From: a virus
Length of the DNA stretch: 64,000 nt
Direction: 5' to 3' (one strand)
Virus record (IMG/VR): IMGVR_UViG_3300033233_000004
Span: 64,001-128,000 of that record
This document shows positions 10,424-20,877 of the stretch, one piece after another. The position numbers and the translations under genes are program-made. Positions within the stretch are counted from its first letter, which is position 1. Every line of letters begins with the position of its first letter. Under the pieces are notes generated by a model. The model saw only the letters and a list, made by a program, of their open reading frames with translations, did no database searches and was not told where the DNA came from.

Positions 10424-11557
10424 TTATAATTGTTCAGACCAATGAATTATACTATAACTTCCAAGACCATCTAATGTAGCTGCATAAACTTTATACCAAG
10501 CACCCGGTGGAATAATAGCCGTTAGTTGTTGATATGATGAGTATGCTTCAGTTGTTGCTGAGTCTTTAGATAATGATGTATGACCAAGAATAATAATGTC
10601 ATTATTATTAAATGAAGAGTCCACACGGTCAACATAAATAGCAGCTTCAATTGTATGTGGTGCTGCTGTAGCCACGGTTAGTAATTCGATAGATACAGAC
10701 AAAAACATACTTCCGCTTGCTGTATTTTGATAAACAGTGTTTAAAGCCCTATTACCTTCATTGCCTGCCGGGTGTCCTACATTTTTATGAATAACTGTAC
10801 TAAGAATACTTCCTGAAACTAAATCGCTTAGTACCATTCCATGAGGATTTGTAGTAGAAGGAGTACCAGTACCTACTGCTGTTATATGTTGTTCTACTGT
10901 ACTAAGTGATGGAACAGGAGAATTTTTCACCAATGTAGATTCTGCCATAGCCCATGGACGTGCCCACTCTCGTTTATCTTGGAATGTGCCTGCCGTAATA
11001 AGATTACCGTTTGCAGTAAATTGTGCAAGAGGAATCTGATTAGAACCTGATGGATAAGTATCAGAAACACGAATAAGAAAATCGCCAGTATATCGCTTAT
11101 AATATATGTTTCCACTACTATCATTACCTACCGATGAAGACATTTCTTGGTATTCTGCTGTTACATATGCTGGTTGACCATCAGTGAGTGTTCCCCATAT
11201 ACGATGAAAATCATTATCTCCTTGATTGATAGTAATCGACCCTGTAAGAATACAAATGTCTGCATTGTCAGTAATACCCCATCCTCTTTGAATACTAATT
11301 TGAGAAAGAGAACCTGTAATTGGAAGAAGGTAATCCGAATTAAACCCCCCACCAATACCTCTGTACGAAAATGGATTTGGGGTTTGATCTGCTAACGTTT
11401 GTTGTATGATAGTTGCAATAGAACCTGTATATTGATGTGAAAACTTTGCAAGCATAAATGCAAATTGTTGTCGTATAGCACTTGCTCGTGATTGTTCGGT
11501 ATTATTCAAATCCGATTCATTAACTCTCATATCTGGAAAATATAGTGTTTTGTTCAT
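10424..11557 (-). CDS. baseplate wedge / tail fibre attachment protein
   Basis: IPLAQF...QDKR and TTNPHG motifs typical of fibre-attachment proteins; last gene of the baseplate block. Confidence 0.55.
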   Translation of the reverse strand: MNKTLYFPDMRVNESDLNNTEQSRASAIRQQFAFMLAKFSHQYTGSIATIIQQTLADQTPNPFSYRGIGGGFNSDYLLPITGSLSQISIQRGWGITDNADICILTGSITINQGDNDFHRIWGTLTDGQPAYVTAEYQEMSSSVGNDSSGNIYYKRYTGDFLIRVSDTYPSGSNQIPLAQFTANGNLITAGTFQDKREWARPWAMAESTLVKNSPVPSLSTVEQHITAVGTGTPSTTNPHGMVLSDLVSGSILSTVIHKNVGHPAGNEGNRALNTVYQNTASGSMFLSVSIELLTVATAAPHTIEAAIYVDRVDSSFNNNDIIILGHTSLSKDSATTEAYSSYQQLTAIIPPGAWYKVYAATLDGLGSYSIIHWSEQL

Positions 11558-11568
11558 GACGTTTCCTT

Positions 11569-12660
11569 TTATGTTGATGAAACAATAACTTGTCCAGCTT
11601 GTTGTCCCGAACTACCAGACGTTCCAATAAAAATGGGAAGAGCATATAAATCTGTAAGCCTTGTATCAAATATAGAAGCACTCGTGTTTTGTAATCCTCG
11701 AATGGAGAACTGGTGCAATTCAAACTCATTACTACCACTGGCAAATATAGTGAAACGAGCTTGGTGGAATGGGTAGTACGAACCTGATGGCATACCAAGA
11801 TATCTTAATCGTTCTTTTGTTAGATTATAGTTGTATTTCGTTTGATTCTCGTTCAATGTTCCGGCGTAGATAACAAACTCATCGACAAACATATTTTCAC
11901 CGTGACGTACATTGAAAGGCACACTTGCTGATGCTATTCCACCAGTATATGCTGTAAAACCTTGTTGAACTCCATCTATATACAGAAATAATCCAGACCC
12001 ATGAATAAAGGAGCCTGCGAAGTAATGATAGTTAGGCGGGAACCCACTCTCTAACAACAAAGGAGCTATGGATGCAGTAACAACTCCTGATATAGATGCT
12101 GAACCAACAGTAAATCGAATGTACTGTCCTGCAAAATCAAATTCCACGGCATAACCCTGTCCGGTAGACCCTGTACGAATAAACGATAAATATGAAGTAA
12201 ATGGAGAATTATCTACATTAGTTGTAGTATTATCTATACCATAAATGTAAGTTTCCCATGCAAAACTCACATTGTCAAAAGCAAGACTTGGTAATGAGGC
12301 TGTAGCAGATAGATTGTATCCCGTACTACCACCGCCCAAAACAAGAATATTATCTCTACGAGAACAACATAGATTGTTAGTTTCAACTGATGTCTTAGAA
12401 TTAATCAATGTAGCTTGATTACCAGAAATGTCATATACTGATTGTGTTGGATGATTAACGGCAAATGTCCAATGTCCTCGAACTGACCCATCTGTTGCCA
12501 GATTTAAAAGAGGAATCGGGAATATGGGGTCATATCTCTTCCAAGGAATTGAATCTGGAATGGACTGACTATTGTACTGTCGAACCTCTACAGTATAATA
12601 AGCATCGTTCTTGGCTATTGCTGCCCAATCATAAAACCAATTGTAAGATATCGAAGCCAT
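11569..12660 (-). CDS. virion protein with LamG/concanavalin-like domain
   Basis: GHWTF, YHYFAGSF..LFLYIDG, VDEFVIY pattern. Confidence 0.7.
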   Translation of the reverse strand: MASISYNWFYDWAAIAKNDAYYTVEVRQYNSQSIPDSIPWKRYDPIFPIPLLNLATDGSVRGHWTFAVNHPTQSVYDISGNQATLINSKTSVETNNLCCSRRDNILVLGGGSTGYNLSATASLPSLAFDNVSFAWETYIYGIDNTTTNVDNSPFTSYLSFIRTGSTGQGYAVEFDFAGQYIRFTVGSASISGVVTASIAPLLLESGFPPNYHYFAGSFIHGSGLFLYIDGVQQGFTAYTGGIASASVPFNVRHGENMFVDEFVIYAGTLNENQTKYNYNLTKERLRYLGMPSGSYYPFHQARFTIFASGSNEFELHQFSIRGLQNTSASIFDTRLTDLYALPIFIGTSGSSGQQAGQVIVSST

Positions 12661-13884
12661 TTAGATTAATTCACTCCATTTAATCGCTCCACCTACGTTA
12701 GTTGTACCACTTGTAGATGTAACAACAAGTGATAAATTGATTGGATTTATTCCATTAATATCCAACGTCAAAGGTAATTTGCTGAACAATTCACCAACTG
12801 AGAGTCCTTTAATACCTGTAGCACCAGCAACAACGTATCCAGAAGCAATCACTAACCCACCAGTAATTGTAGTCGCTGATACATCCACGTCTACAACTGA
12901 TTCTGAATTAGCACTTGTGAAATTAGCACCAGATAGTGTACCATTATAAACAATTTCCCAAAAGGCTGCGTTTGTCTGAGCCAGTATCTCTGTTTCTAAT
13001 GCTGTAATTAATCCACGATTGATAATGTTATTGAAAGTCAATTTTGGACGAATAGACAGAATTGGAACTCTTGTAGTTACTGCTACAAGCGATGCGCCAG
13101 TTGAGGCTTCAAATATTTGTGAAGTTTCAGGCGTTGTTATACCTTCATTGGCTACTGCTGAACAAACATGAACCAAATCTGTTTGACTTGCAGCAGTATT
13201 TGTATTGGTCAATTCCAATCTAATAGGTAGATTTGCTGTCGTCATATATGGTGTAGTCAATGAATTAGCATTTCTAAACTCGTGACAGATGATTGGCATT
13301 CCTTTTTCAGTAAATGTGCCTAAACGTACCCTGCCTGCTCCCAACCATTCGATGTCAATGGTATAGATATTGGCTTTTGATGTATCCAAATTGAATCCAG
13401 ATACACCAGAACCATCTAATTTATCCACGTTCCAAGAGGATTGATTAACAACGGTATCTATAGAACCAGATGTTACGAAACTTCGTTGAACTACTTTTAG
13501 ATTACTACCGTCTTGCTCAAAGAATATACCATTATTACTGTCGAAATATCCCCAACGTTGACGAACGTTATTTTTCTTAGCTCCTATGATGCTACTGAGA
13601 GTAATACTTAAACCTACTCCGGGCGTGTATCTGAAATAATGTCTCGTCTGACGAATAACTGATGAACCACTTGTAGTTGTAGTAGAGATTTGTGTGGCTG
13701 ATTGATTTGGTAAATGTGTGGTAAAGCCACCATTAGATAATTGATCTTGATAAAATAATGACCCACTGTTGTATTGAGTGCTATACTCTGCTTGAGATAA
13801 TAACTGGCTGACACGTAAACGGTGAAAAGCATCTACTGAAGTGGAATCAGCGAATTGAATATTTGTTGTTGGGAAATAGCTCAT
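12661..13884 (-). CDS. virion structural protein (beta-rich, fibre or spike associated)
   Basis: DAFHRLRVS, RQT..YFRY.PG, EWLGAGRVR, ANLPIR phage virion family; GGAGG before ATG 13884. Confidence 0.65.
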   Translation of the reverse strand: MSYFPTTNIQFADSTSVDAFHRLRVSQLLSQAEYSTQYNSGSLFYQDQLSNGGFTTHLPNQSATQISTTTTSGSSVIRQTRHYFRYTPGVGLSITLSSIIGAKKNNVRQRWGYFDSNNGIFFEQDGSNLKVVQRSFVTSGSIDTVVNQSSWNVDKLDGSGVSGFNLDTSKANIYTIDIEWLGAGRVRLGTFTEKGMPIICHEFRNANSLTTPYMTTANLPIRLELTNTNTAASQTDLVHVCSAVANEGITTPETSQIFEASTGASLVAVTTRVPILSIRPKLTFNNIINRGLITALETEILAQTNAAFWEIVYNGTLSGANFTSANSESVVDVDVSATTITGGLVIASGYVVAGATGIKGLSVGELFSKLPLTLDINGINPINLSLVVTSTSGTTNVGGAIKWSELI

Positions 13885-13938
13885 ATTATTCCACCCTCCC
13901 CCTATTATGAGAATTGTATACATTGTTTTGCTCCTATT

Positions 13939-16206
13939 TTAAATTATCCACCACTGTGCTCCATCCGAAATAATTGTTATATTGGTGTAAGGCGTAGCGA
14001 TACTTTGTACAGCAGCATTATCAATTAATTCCCCAGAACTTCCGCTTACATTCACCAAATTACCACTTACATCTGTCTTTTTAACATTCAACCACATGCC
14101 CTTTACAGATATTGCTGTTGGTAATTGAATTTCTATACTTCCAGATACGGCATTGGCAAGTATTATACTATCTGTTCCAACAACAGAGTATGCACCTGCA
14201 AGAAGTGATGTTGGTGTAAATCTGATAGACCCCGATGAGAGAATAGAACCCGTGATACTGAGGTTGCCGCTCAACAACTGTAAGTTGCCCCTGTTATCCA
14301 ATATCATTCTATTAGTGCGTGTTGCAGAACCATTTGCTGTCGTTTGAAAAACTAATTCTGAACCAATTGTTGTAGCACTTCCTGAATTAAAGTTTTCTGT
14401 AGCTCTTGCAAAAATTTCAACAGAATTTGCCTGACTATACGCTGTGTCGGTGAATGCACCAAAAAGAATACGTCCTAATCTATCGCCAGATTGTGGTGGG
14501 TTATATCCTAATCTACTATGCTGTAAGAATAAAATAGGGCCAGCCGTAGGAGTATCGGATATTGAAACAAATCTCATTTGAGGGCCAGCACCACTCAAAT
14601 ATATTTTAGAACCATGGAAAAGTGTAGTAGGAAAAGTCTCTTCAATATGTAACTCTGTAAAATTATTGTCCCAAAGCATACCACTTGTATTTGTACCAAC
14701 AGCAAAGCTTCCACTAACATTTACACTTCCGCTAACATTTACACTTCCAGTTACTTGCACATCACCTTGTAATTTGGATGTGCCGTTGACATGCAACAAA
14801 TCTGTAGGAGTTATACCAATTCCAACTTTTCCATCATGTTTAATAGTTAATCGTGTTACTCTTGTTGTACTACCCGATGACGCAGTTCTAAATTCTATTC
14901 TTGTAGGTAAACTTGTAGTAGTATAATCTGCACCATCTGCAAATGCAAGCAACGCTCCACCAGAGCGTCCCGCTCCTGAAAATAAAGACCCAAAAGTAAT
15001 ACCACCAAGTTGATCTTCTGCAAATGGTGATACTAAACCAGCACGGCTGTGACGTAATTGTAAGAAGCCACCAAGATTTGCAGCATCTCCTTCGGAACGA
15101 AGCATGAGATGATTTGCAAATTGAGAAGTACCGTGAGTCACTATTTGTAATTTAACATTTGCAAGGTTTCCAGAACCAGAAGATGATTGTTCTCCAATAT
15201 GAATAGATGAAGACGCACCATCCAAACCATCAAAATAGGAAACACCATTAAAGTCTGATTGTAATGCAGCAAGTGGAACAAGACTACCATCGTCTTTAAT
15301 TCGCACACGTTTTGCACGAGTAACACTTCCACTTGGTGTCGTCCAGAAACTTATTTCTTGTCCCCAATTGGTTGGACTTTGGTCACCTATAGCATCAAAA
15401 TGAATAGATGCGGGTGAACTACTTTGAAATGCAGTTCCATCATATGTTCGTCCACCAAAACCGCCAATGAGGTCTCCATTTAATGTTGGCAATAACCCAG
15501 ATTCCGAACCATTTGCATGTATTGAGTGGAATGTACCAATAACATTAAGTTCTTTGAAATCTCCTATAGTACCTATAGCAACACCGCAGTTTGGATTTTG
15601 TAATAGAACTGAATTTACTGGTGTATGTATTTGAAGCGTATTTGTTATATGTACACTTCCACTAACATTTACACTTCCAGTTACAATCTGATTTTGTGTA
15701 AATGTATTAGGTACGGCTAATCCAGCAAATCCAGTATGTCCAGATGAGGCATAGGATAAATTCTGTAAGTCAGAATGTTTGATGCTGCCGGTGGAATTAA
15801 TTAGTAAGAAAGCTGATGCGTGTTGTCCATCCAAAAGATCAGCATTAAGGTTGGTTACTAAATTAGAGTTATCTATGCTCATCAATCCAGTAAGATGAAA
15901 TGTGCCATTAACGTCTAAAGCACCAGTGATATCAAAATTCGTAAGAAAGTTTACATTACCAACAACAGAACCAAGCCAGACACGGCCCCATTCAGCTTTA
16001 ATACTACCATCAACATACCAGAAACCATATTTTTCCTGTTCTGACCATGCAGCGACATAATTACCGCTACTTGCAGGAGATTCCACGGCGGTTGTTACTA
16101 AAACAGGAACACCTTCATCTGTTTTAATTGTAACAGTATGCCCTGTGTCTGGTTGATAAACACCTGCAACTACCTTCAAAATAACACGTGTTAATTGTCT
16201 CGACAT
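13939..16206 (-). CDS. tail fibre protein
   Basis: LNADLLDG, GKVGIG..P..LHVNG, (V.GS)n repeats, C-terminal LP....KK.D....SDG..W.II module. Confidence 0.8.
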   Translation of the reverse strand: MSRQLTRVILKVVAGVYQPDTGHTVTIKTDEGVPVLVTTAVESPASSGNYVAAWSEQEKYGFWYVDGSIKAEWGRVWLGSVVGNVNFLTNFDITGALDVNGTFHLTGLMSIDNSNLVTNLNADLLDGQHASAFLLINSTGSIKHSDLQNLSYASSGHTGFAGLAVPNTFTQNQIVTGSVNVSGSVHITNTLQIHTPVNSVLLQNPNCGVAIGTIGDFKELNVIGTFHSIHANGSESGLLPTLNGDLIGGFGGRTYDGTAFQSSSPASIHFDAIGDQSPTNWGQEISFWTTPSGSVTRAKRVRIKDDGSLVPLAALQSDFNGVSYFDGLDGASSSIHIGEQSSSGSGNLANVKLQIVTHGTSQFANHLMLRSEGDAANLGGFLQLRHSRAGLVSPFAEDQLGGITFGSLFSGAGRSGGALLAFADGADYTTTSLPTRIEFRTASSGSTTRVTRLTIKHDGKVGIGITPTDLLHVNGTSKLQGDVQVTGSVNVSGSVNVSGSFAVGTNTSGMLWDNNFTELHIEETFPTTLFHGSKIYLSGAGPQMRFVSISDTPTAGPILFLQHSRLGYNPPQSGDRLGRILFGAFTDTAYSQANSVEIFARATENFNSGSATTIGSELVFQTTANGSATRTNRMILDNRGNLQLLSGNLSITGSILSSGSIRFTPTSLLAGAYSVVGTDSIILANAVSGSIEIQLPTAISVKGMWLNVKKTDVSGNLVNVSGSSGELIDNAAVQSIATPYTNITIISDGAQWWII

Positions 16207-16214
16207 TGATTCTC

Positions 16215-16646
16215 CTAAACTGCTGGTATTGCTATAACTGCAAAGTCTTCATCGCTCAATAGATAAAGCGGTAGAATCCAATAACTACTAATTATGTATG
16301 ATGGTGTACCCGAACTTGGTGGTCTTTTTTGATTAAATGAGTGTTCCTGTACATTTCTTACTACAAGAATTGAGGTAGCATTATCAACTGTTTGTCTGAG
16401 AAAAACAGTAGGGTCACTATTTGCAGTAACCATTTTTGATAAAGTTAACGTATTAACGGTATCAGTAAATGTTATTGTATATGTTTGTGAATTTGCTACA
16501 TATACTAAACGCTCGCCGTCTGGTGGTACTGTTCCTACACTTGGAATAATAGCATAGTTGGCTCCTGATGAACTCCAAATAAATCTGCAAAGTTGTCCAG
16601 CAAAACCAACAGTAACAGGAATTATATTAAAGGAGCCTGAAATCAT
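16215..16646 (-). CDS. virion protein with Ig-like fold
   Basis: WSSSGA...TYTIT; ATGA coupling to the upstream gene at 16643-16646. Confidence 0.55.
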   Translation of the reverse strand: MISGSFNIIPVTVGFAGQLCRFIWSSSGANYAIIPSVGTVPPDGERLVYVANSQTYTITFTDTVNTLTLSKMVTANSDPTVFLRQTVDNATSILVVRNVQEHSFNQKRPPSSGTPSYIISSYWILPLYLLSDEDFAVIAIPAV

Positions 16647-17608
16647 GGTATTTGAATTACGTCTGTAATGAAAACTGAACCTGTAACGTTGGTTGGATTG
16701 GCGTTGTATATCCAACCATACTTGTTAACAGCAAAAATATTCGAACCTGAAACCATTGTATCAACCGCAGGGGCTACTGGTCGCCACAGTACAAAATCAA
16801 ATGAATAATGAATCTCTGGTTTAATGTATGCTGGTAAAACATTGTCTACTGCTGTTTCAATAACATTTTTAACATCATTTATTTGTGTTGATGAACCAGA
16901 GGGTATGAAGAAGTAGAGTAACACCCCCGCTTGTTCAAACGAGTTTTGTTTTAGAATAGTATTCAAACCGAGAATACTATATGATAAAGAAATAGTACTG
17001 CCTGTTGCAACCAACGCATCCTTAATAGGAATAACTTTTCCAAAACGTCCGAAAGAAGGAGTTACCATCACATAAAATTTCTTTGCCGCAGAATTGAACG
17101 ACGTTTCAATGACCGACCCTGAAAAATTTGATAAAATCCAGCCCGGATAGTTGTCGATGGGTTCGATAATTACGGGGCTAATACCGTTGATGGCTTGTCC
17201 AATACGAGTTAGTGCATCTGGTGTTGTTGTTTCTGTATAAGCTAATGTTAGAAATTTCAAACTTGTACGGTATGAATTGAGTATCGAACCAGTATTAAAT
17301 TGTGAGAATTCCTGAGATGGTAATTTGTTTATTCCCAACAGGATGCCAAAGTTTTCATACATCTTTGATGTACTATGTCCCTGTATTACACCATCTCGAA
17401 CATTTTCTATGAACAAGTCATTAAATGTTTGTGTAATCTCTGACGAACCAGATGATAGTTCTGATGCATACATATCTAACAAATCATATAACGTACTCCC
17501 AATGATATTTTGTGGATACCACTGTGAAGATAAATTCGAAAAAAGATTTGTAATAAATCTTTCCTTGCTATCGGGGGCTGTTGTCTGCCATTTTATGTAT
17601 ATAGACAT
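16643..17608 (-). CDS. baseplate wedge protein
   Basis: Follows baseplate J; MYENFG.L and VLPAYI motifs typical of P2 gpI / T4 gp7-like proteins. Confidence 0.6.
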   Translation of the reverse strand: MSIYIKWQTTAPDSKERFITNLFSNLSSQWYPQNIIGSTLYDLLDMYASELSSGSSEITQTFNDLFIENVRDGVIQGHSTSKMYENFGILLGINKLPSQEFSQFNTGSILNSYRTSLKFLTLAYTETTTPDALTRIGQAINGISPVIIEPIDNYPGWILSNFSGSVIETSFNSAAKKFYVMVTPSFGRFGKVIPIKDALVATGSTISLSYSILGLNTILKQNSFEQAGVLLYFFIPSGSSTQINDVKNVIETAVDNVLPAYIKPEIHYSFDFVLWRPVAPAVDTMVSGSNIFAVNKYGWIYNANPTNVTGSVFITDVIQIP

Positions 17609-17659
17609 ATTCTTAACCTATATCCTAAATAACTATGTTTGAAATCTTTTAAACGTGAC

Positions 17660-18962
17660 GTGAACTACCCACCCACGCCAGAGGCGATGGGTTGGGCTTC
17701 AAGGGTCATGAACTATCCATTTACTAAAGACAAATGGGCTTCTCGCTTCAAAGCCTGCGCCCCAACAAGTTGAGGTCTTATTTTGGCTCTGCGAGTGTAA
17801 TCGCCAGTTCCTGACGATATTATTTTTAATCCCTCTAAGAGGATATTTTTACTTGCATTTATGTCCCTGTCCAATTTATGTCCATTGGCACAAGTCCATT
17901 CCCTTTCAGAAAGATTCAAGTCCTGATGTATCCAACCACATTCTGAACAAGTTTTAGAACTCGGATACCAGCGATTTATTTTTACAACTTGTTTGTTGTT
18001 CCAATCCGCTTTGTATTCAAGCAACCTTACGAATGTTCCCCAACTTGCATCAGCAATATGTTTTGCAAGTTTGTGGTTTGCCATCATTCCTTTCACATTC
18101 AAATCTTCAACACATATCGTATCATACTCATTGGTTATCTGAGTAGATATTTTATGCAACAAATCTAATCGGGCATTTACAGTTCTTTCGTGCAATACTG
18201 CAACTTTCATCCTTTGTTTGTTTCTCCGATTTGAACCTTTTACTTTCCGTGAAAGATGTTTTTGTGCTTTTGCTAATTGTTTTTCATATTGTTTTAAGTG
18301 TTTATGATTTTCATATTTAATTCCATCAGAAGTTATCACAAAATCTTTCAGACCTAAATCTATTCCAACTGATTTGCCTGTTTTTTCTTTCGGTTGATAT
18401 TTCACTTCACAAAGTATAGACACAAAATATTTTCCTGTTGGTGTTTTACTAATCGTGCAATGTTTTATTTCTCCTTCCAATTTTCTGTGTAGATTGATTT
18501 TAATTCCCTCTTTGAACTTTGGAATATTCAATCTGTCATTTTCAACTGTTACAAATTGTGGTATAGTGAAACTATTTTTATTTTTCTTGCTTTTGAATCT
18601 CGGAAACTTTGCCTTGCCACGAAAGAAGTTTAAGTATGCAGTATCCAAATGTCTTAATGCGTGTTGCAATGTTTGACTATTCACTTCTTTCAGCCAATCC
18701 GTTTCTTTTTTCTTTTTTAATCCTGTGAGTGTTTTTGCCTGTGCATAATAGTTCGGTGATTTTTTATGCTCCTGATATTTTTCTTTTCGTTCATTCAGAA
18801 AGTGATTGTAAATATACCTGACACATCCAAAATGTTTACTCAACAAGGATTCTTGTTCCTTTGTCGGGTAAATTCGGTATTTATATGACTTGTGAATATT
18901 CTTCATTGGTCGCTTACATCCCATCCACGCTAAAGCGATGAATGGGTTTTGCGCTCCGTTTT
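17660..18962 (-). mobile_element. tnpB-only IS200/IS605-family element (about 1.3 kb, no tnpA)
   Basis: Left hairpin CCCATTCATCGC-TTTA-GCGTGGATGGG; right hairpin CCCAACCCATCGC-CTCTG-GCGTGGGTGGG ending TAGTTCAC; putative TAM TTTAT at 18963-18967. Confidence 0.8.
17713..18906 (-). CDS. tnpB: RNA-guided endonuclease TnpB
   Basis: YKYRIYP HTH, RuvC GIDLG / VEDL / DRDINA all intact, Zn ribbon CSECG..CANGH. Confidence 0.95.
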   Translation of the reverse strand: MKNIHKSYKYRIYPTKEQESLLSKHFGCVRYIYNHFLNERKEKYQEHKKSPNYYAQAKTLTGLKKKKETDWLKEVNSQTLQHALRHLDTAYLNFFRGKAKFPRFKSKKNKNSFTIPQFVTVENDRLNIPKFKEGIKINLHRKLEGEIKHCTISKTPTGKYFVSILCEVKYQPKEKTGKSVGIDLGLKDFVITSDGIKYENHKHLKQYEKQLAKAQKHLSRKVKGSNRRNKQRMKVAVLHERTVNARLDLLHKISTQITNEYDTICVEDLNVKGMMANHKLAKHIADASWGTFVRLLEYKADWNNKQVVKINRWYPSSKTCSECGWIHQDLNLSEREWTCANGHKLDRDINASKNILLEGLKIISSGTGDYTRRAKIRPQLVGAQALKREAHLSLVNG

Positions 18963-18970
18963 ATAAAACC

Positions 18971-20374
18971 TTAAAATAAATTCACTGTTATTGTACCAGC
19001 ACTGGCATAAGCGTGTTGCGGTATAATTAGATTATTATTACTATCTTGCAATATAGTACTATCTTGAGATTGAAAAGTAGTAAGAGGTACAAGTACATCA
19101 TCGACCCCAACAGTATTTAATATTTCTCTAATAACATCTGATTGATTCACCGCTTCCCCGATTCCTTTATTTGTTAAAAAAGTATTTATAGCAGAAGAAA
19201 CTAATGATGTTACATCACTTCCTGTAAACCCTTGTAAAATACGAATTGCTACTGTTATCGAAATAGGTATTTCGGTTGCCCACTTAAGAAGAGTATTACT
19301 ATTCACAACATCTTGATTATCTTTGCTGAGTAGTGATTGCAAATCTTCCACGATACCATTATATTGGTAGTTGACAACAATAGAACCAGAAGTATTAGGT
19401 ACTGCTGTTATCCAATGCAATTTATCTTGAGCTATAGTAGACCCACCGTATGCCCCAACATCTTTTGATACTGACCAACCCGAAGTAGGAAGAGCACCAT
19501 TAACACTGGACAATACAGAAGTAACAGATGCAGCAATTACTGGTTGCTTAGTAAAAATAAAATCTGGATATGGACTGAATGGGTCTGAAAATTCATCAGC
19601 AAAATTTCTGAACAACTTACCTTTAACATAAATATCTACAGCCCCAATATCCCCTCGACCAGTAGCTCCTTTTCCAACAACCAGTACGTCCTCTACGGAA
19701 TCTTGTTCAATAATAAACGACAAAAAACCAGATTTGGAACCAAGTGCTGTACCAGATAAAGCAGTACTAAGACGAGATTGCATCTGAGTAGCTGTTTCCT
19801 TATCTTGGCCGCCAGTTGCTGAAAATGGATTATAGACACCATCAATACCTGAAATAGACCCATTAATAACAGTAATTGTTCCAGCACCAACATTGCTATT
19901 TGCACCACCGTTTACTGCTTCTACATCAACAGCAATCTCGTATTTACCAGTAGTAGAATTTAAATAACTCAATGCAAGAGCCGCTATCATAGTAATCGAC
20001 TGCACTGTTCTAAATTGTACTGCGTTCGATGTATCAGAAAGTAGTGTTGAAACAAGTGTTCCAGCAGGAATAGTAATATTAGAAGATGGTGCTTGATTCT
20101 TGAAAAATCGTACTGTAGTTCGAGAACGTCGAGCACCCCTGACTACCTTGGAAAAGTTTAGTAGTGTTTTTTCTAAACCTACTTCACTGGCAGTAGAAAT
20201 ACTTTGTTCGTTGGATACTTGGTCAGTACGAGTATATAGTAATTCAAACTCTTTAGCAGGAGCATCAATTACAATGTCTTTTGTAAATGTACCTTCAGAT
20301 AATTCTGCTTTCGAATTTTTACTTCTAATAAAATCCTTAAACGCTTGCACGATAGTGAGGAAGTTTCGAGCCAT
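18971..20374 (-). CDS. baseplate J-like wedge protein
   Basis: IPAGT.V, VEA..GG..SNVGAGTI, GGQDKET, GAVDIYV. Confidence 0.85.
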   Translation of the reverse strand: MARNFLTIVQAFKDFIRSKNSKAELSEGTFTKDIVIDAPAKEFELLYTRTDQVSNEQSISTASEVGLEKTLLNFSKVVRGARRSRTTVRFFKNQAPSSNITIPAGTLVSTLLSDTSNAVQFRTVQSITMIAALALSYLNSTTGKYEIAVDVEAVNGGANSNVGAGTITVINGSISGIDGVYNPFSATGGQDKETATQMQSRLSTALSGTALGSKSGFLSFIIEQDSVEDVLVVGKGATGRGDIGAVDIYVKGKLFRNFADEFSDPFSPYPDFIFTKQPVIAASVTSVLSSVNGALPTSGWSVSKDVGAYGGSTIAQDKLHWITAVPNTSGSIVVNYQYNGIVEDLQSLLSKDNQDVVNSNTLLKWATEIPISITVAIRILQGFTGSDVTSLVSSAINTFLTNKGIGEAVNQSDVIREILNTVGVDDVLVPLTTFQSQDSTILQDSNNNLIIPQHAYASAGTITVNLF

Positions 20375-20379
20375 TAGAT

Positions 20380-20877
20380 TTACCTCTTGAGTTGAGTTGT
20401 CACACCAGCAGTAGCTCCTGCTACTGTAAGTACAGAAACATTAACAGTAACTGCACGTGGGTCTGTTTCGGTAACAAAAGCATCCAGTACAGTAATGCTT
20501 TGTCCATTTGTACTGATTTCTTCTGTTGGAAGATAAATGAAACCCTCTTTTTTTTCTTGTTGTTGAGAAGATTTCAAATATTCTATACATCGTACAATTT
20601 CAGATTTAACTGCTGTTATTGTATTGGGAGCAATTACACCAGAAAGAACACTGTAGTCGAAACCATAACCGGACGGCCTCTTTGTTTCTGTCAATATTTT
20701 CTGTATCTGTTGTATCAATTTATTAACACCTGATACCGTAACTATTTTACCATCTGTACCAAATTGATAGGCGTTATAGAAACCTTTACCAAGACAACGA
20801 GGGCAAGTCAACAAAATAAATTGTTGAAGTGGATTACCCAATATATGATTACATGTAACTTTAAATTGCGCATCCAT
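20380..20877 (-). CDS. baseplate wedge subunit (gp25-like) with CxxC
   Basis: CPRCLGKG, KL.Q...KIL.TE, DPR; position upstream of baseplate J. Confidence 0.6.
   Translation of the reverse strand: MDAQFKVTCNHILGNPLQQFILLTCPRCLGKGFYNAYQFGTDGKIVTVSGVNKLIQQIQKILTETKRPSGYGFDYSVLSGVIAPNTITAVKSEIVRCIEYLKSSQQQEKKEGFIYLPTEEISTNGQSITVLDAFVTETDPRAVTVNVSVLTVAGATAGVTTQLKR

Noticed and set aside
14707-15682. DNA repeats acacttcc(a/g)ctaacattt in the fibre gene as a regulatory or mobile repeat
   Set aside because: They encode the VNVSGS fibre repeat; ordinary intragenic duplication that explains only a few of the SGS copies.
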